DNA from: Squalus acanthias
Lineage: Eukaryota
Length of the DNA stretch: 64,000 bases
NCBI GenBank assembly: GCA_030390025.1
Contig: CM059432.1
Coordinates: 68,140,001 to 68,204,000 of the forward strand
Reading direction: 5' to 3'
The notes below the pieces were generated by a model. That model worked only from the letters and a program-made list of their open reading frames with translations, did not search any database and was not told where the DNA came from. Within the stretch, counting starts at the first letter, position 1; each line of letters opens with the position of its first letter. The position numbers and the translations under genes are program-made. This document shows, piece by piece, positions 63,401-64,000 of this stretch.

Positions 63401-63754
63401 AATATGATTAGGCAGAGTCAACATGGTTTTATGAAAGGGAAATTGTGTTTAACAAATGTTAGTATTTTTCAGGATGTAAATAGCAGGGTAGATAAAGGGG
63501 AACCAGTGGATGTAATATATTTGGATTTCCAAAAGGCATTTGATAAGGTGCCACTTAAAGGTTGCTATGCAAGATAAGGGCTCATGGGGTTGGGGATAAT
63601 ATATCAACATGGATAGAGGATTGGTTAACGGACAGATAACAGAGAGCAGGGATAAATGGGTCATTTTCCGGTTGGCAAGCTGTATCTGGTGCTGTAAGGA
63701 TCAGTGCTTGGGCCTCAGCCATTTACAATCTAGAATAATGACTTAGATGAAGCC

Positions 63755-64000
63755 TAGACCGAGCTATTGGGAGCAGCAGCGAGAGCGGACCTCAACAGGC
63801 AACATTCGAAAGTGACGTCAGAGATTAAAAGTGATGTCGACACAAGGGAAGGAGCTGATTGGTAGCTAGGACCTGGTGAGTATTTCTACGGTCCAGTCGT
63901 TAAAGTAAAAGTAGGGTCTCTAGTTTAGAGTAAGTAGTGTGTAAACTGAAGTAAGGTCCCTAGTGTATTTAATATTCTTTAATTTAAAGGAAGTAAAGGG
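63755..64000 (+). mobile_element. Probable 5' UTR of another CR1 running off the window
   Basis: gagcagcag..gagcggacct, agtgacgtca and tgagtatt motifs resemble the CR1 5' UTR at 29658-29880. Confidence 0.5.

Noticed and set aside
1..64000. CRISPR arrays, operons or prokaryotic defence systems
   Set aside because: The sequence is a vertebrate intron-exon region and no regularly spaced repeat-spacer array was seen.

Overview
Eukaryotic genomic DNA, most likely from a cartilaginous fish (inferred from the repeat families, not verified). The window covers the central and 3' part of one protein-coding gene on the minus strand, ATP6V1H (V-ATPase V1 subunit H). I reconstructed seven coding exons by hand (59019 down to 17229). 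All have GT-AG boundaries and consistent phases, and they include a 48-nt cassette-type exon; the 5' exons and the terminal exon were not found in the window. The introns are mostly filled with nested transposable elements. These are many CR1 LINE copies (two near full length with an ORF1 zinc-finger/SGNH esterase), L2, RTE, a second poly(A)-tailed LINE family, tRNA-derived SINEs, PIF/Harbinger relics and MITEs, Penelope-like terminal fragments, and one young, GC-rich Gypsy LTR retrotransposon of CsRn1 type (46363-50600). Most ORFs in the supplied track are TE fragments or antisense shadows. The more unusual observations are a 145-bp 28S rRNA fragment abutting a CR1 5' end, a minimal hammerhead-ribozyme motif in a Penelope-like remnant, inverted CR1 copies flanking host exons, and a duplicated 56-bp hairpin next to a perfect cryptic splice donor. 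I see no convincing wholly new multi-gene system.
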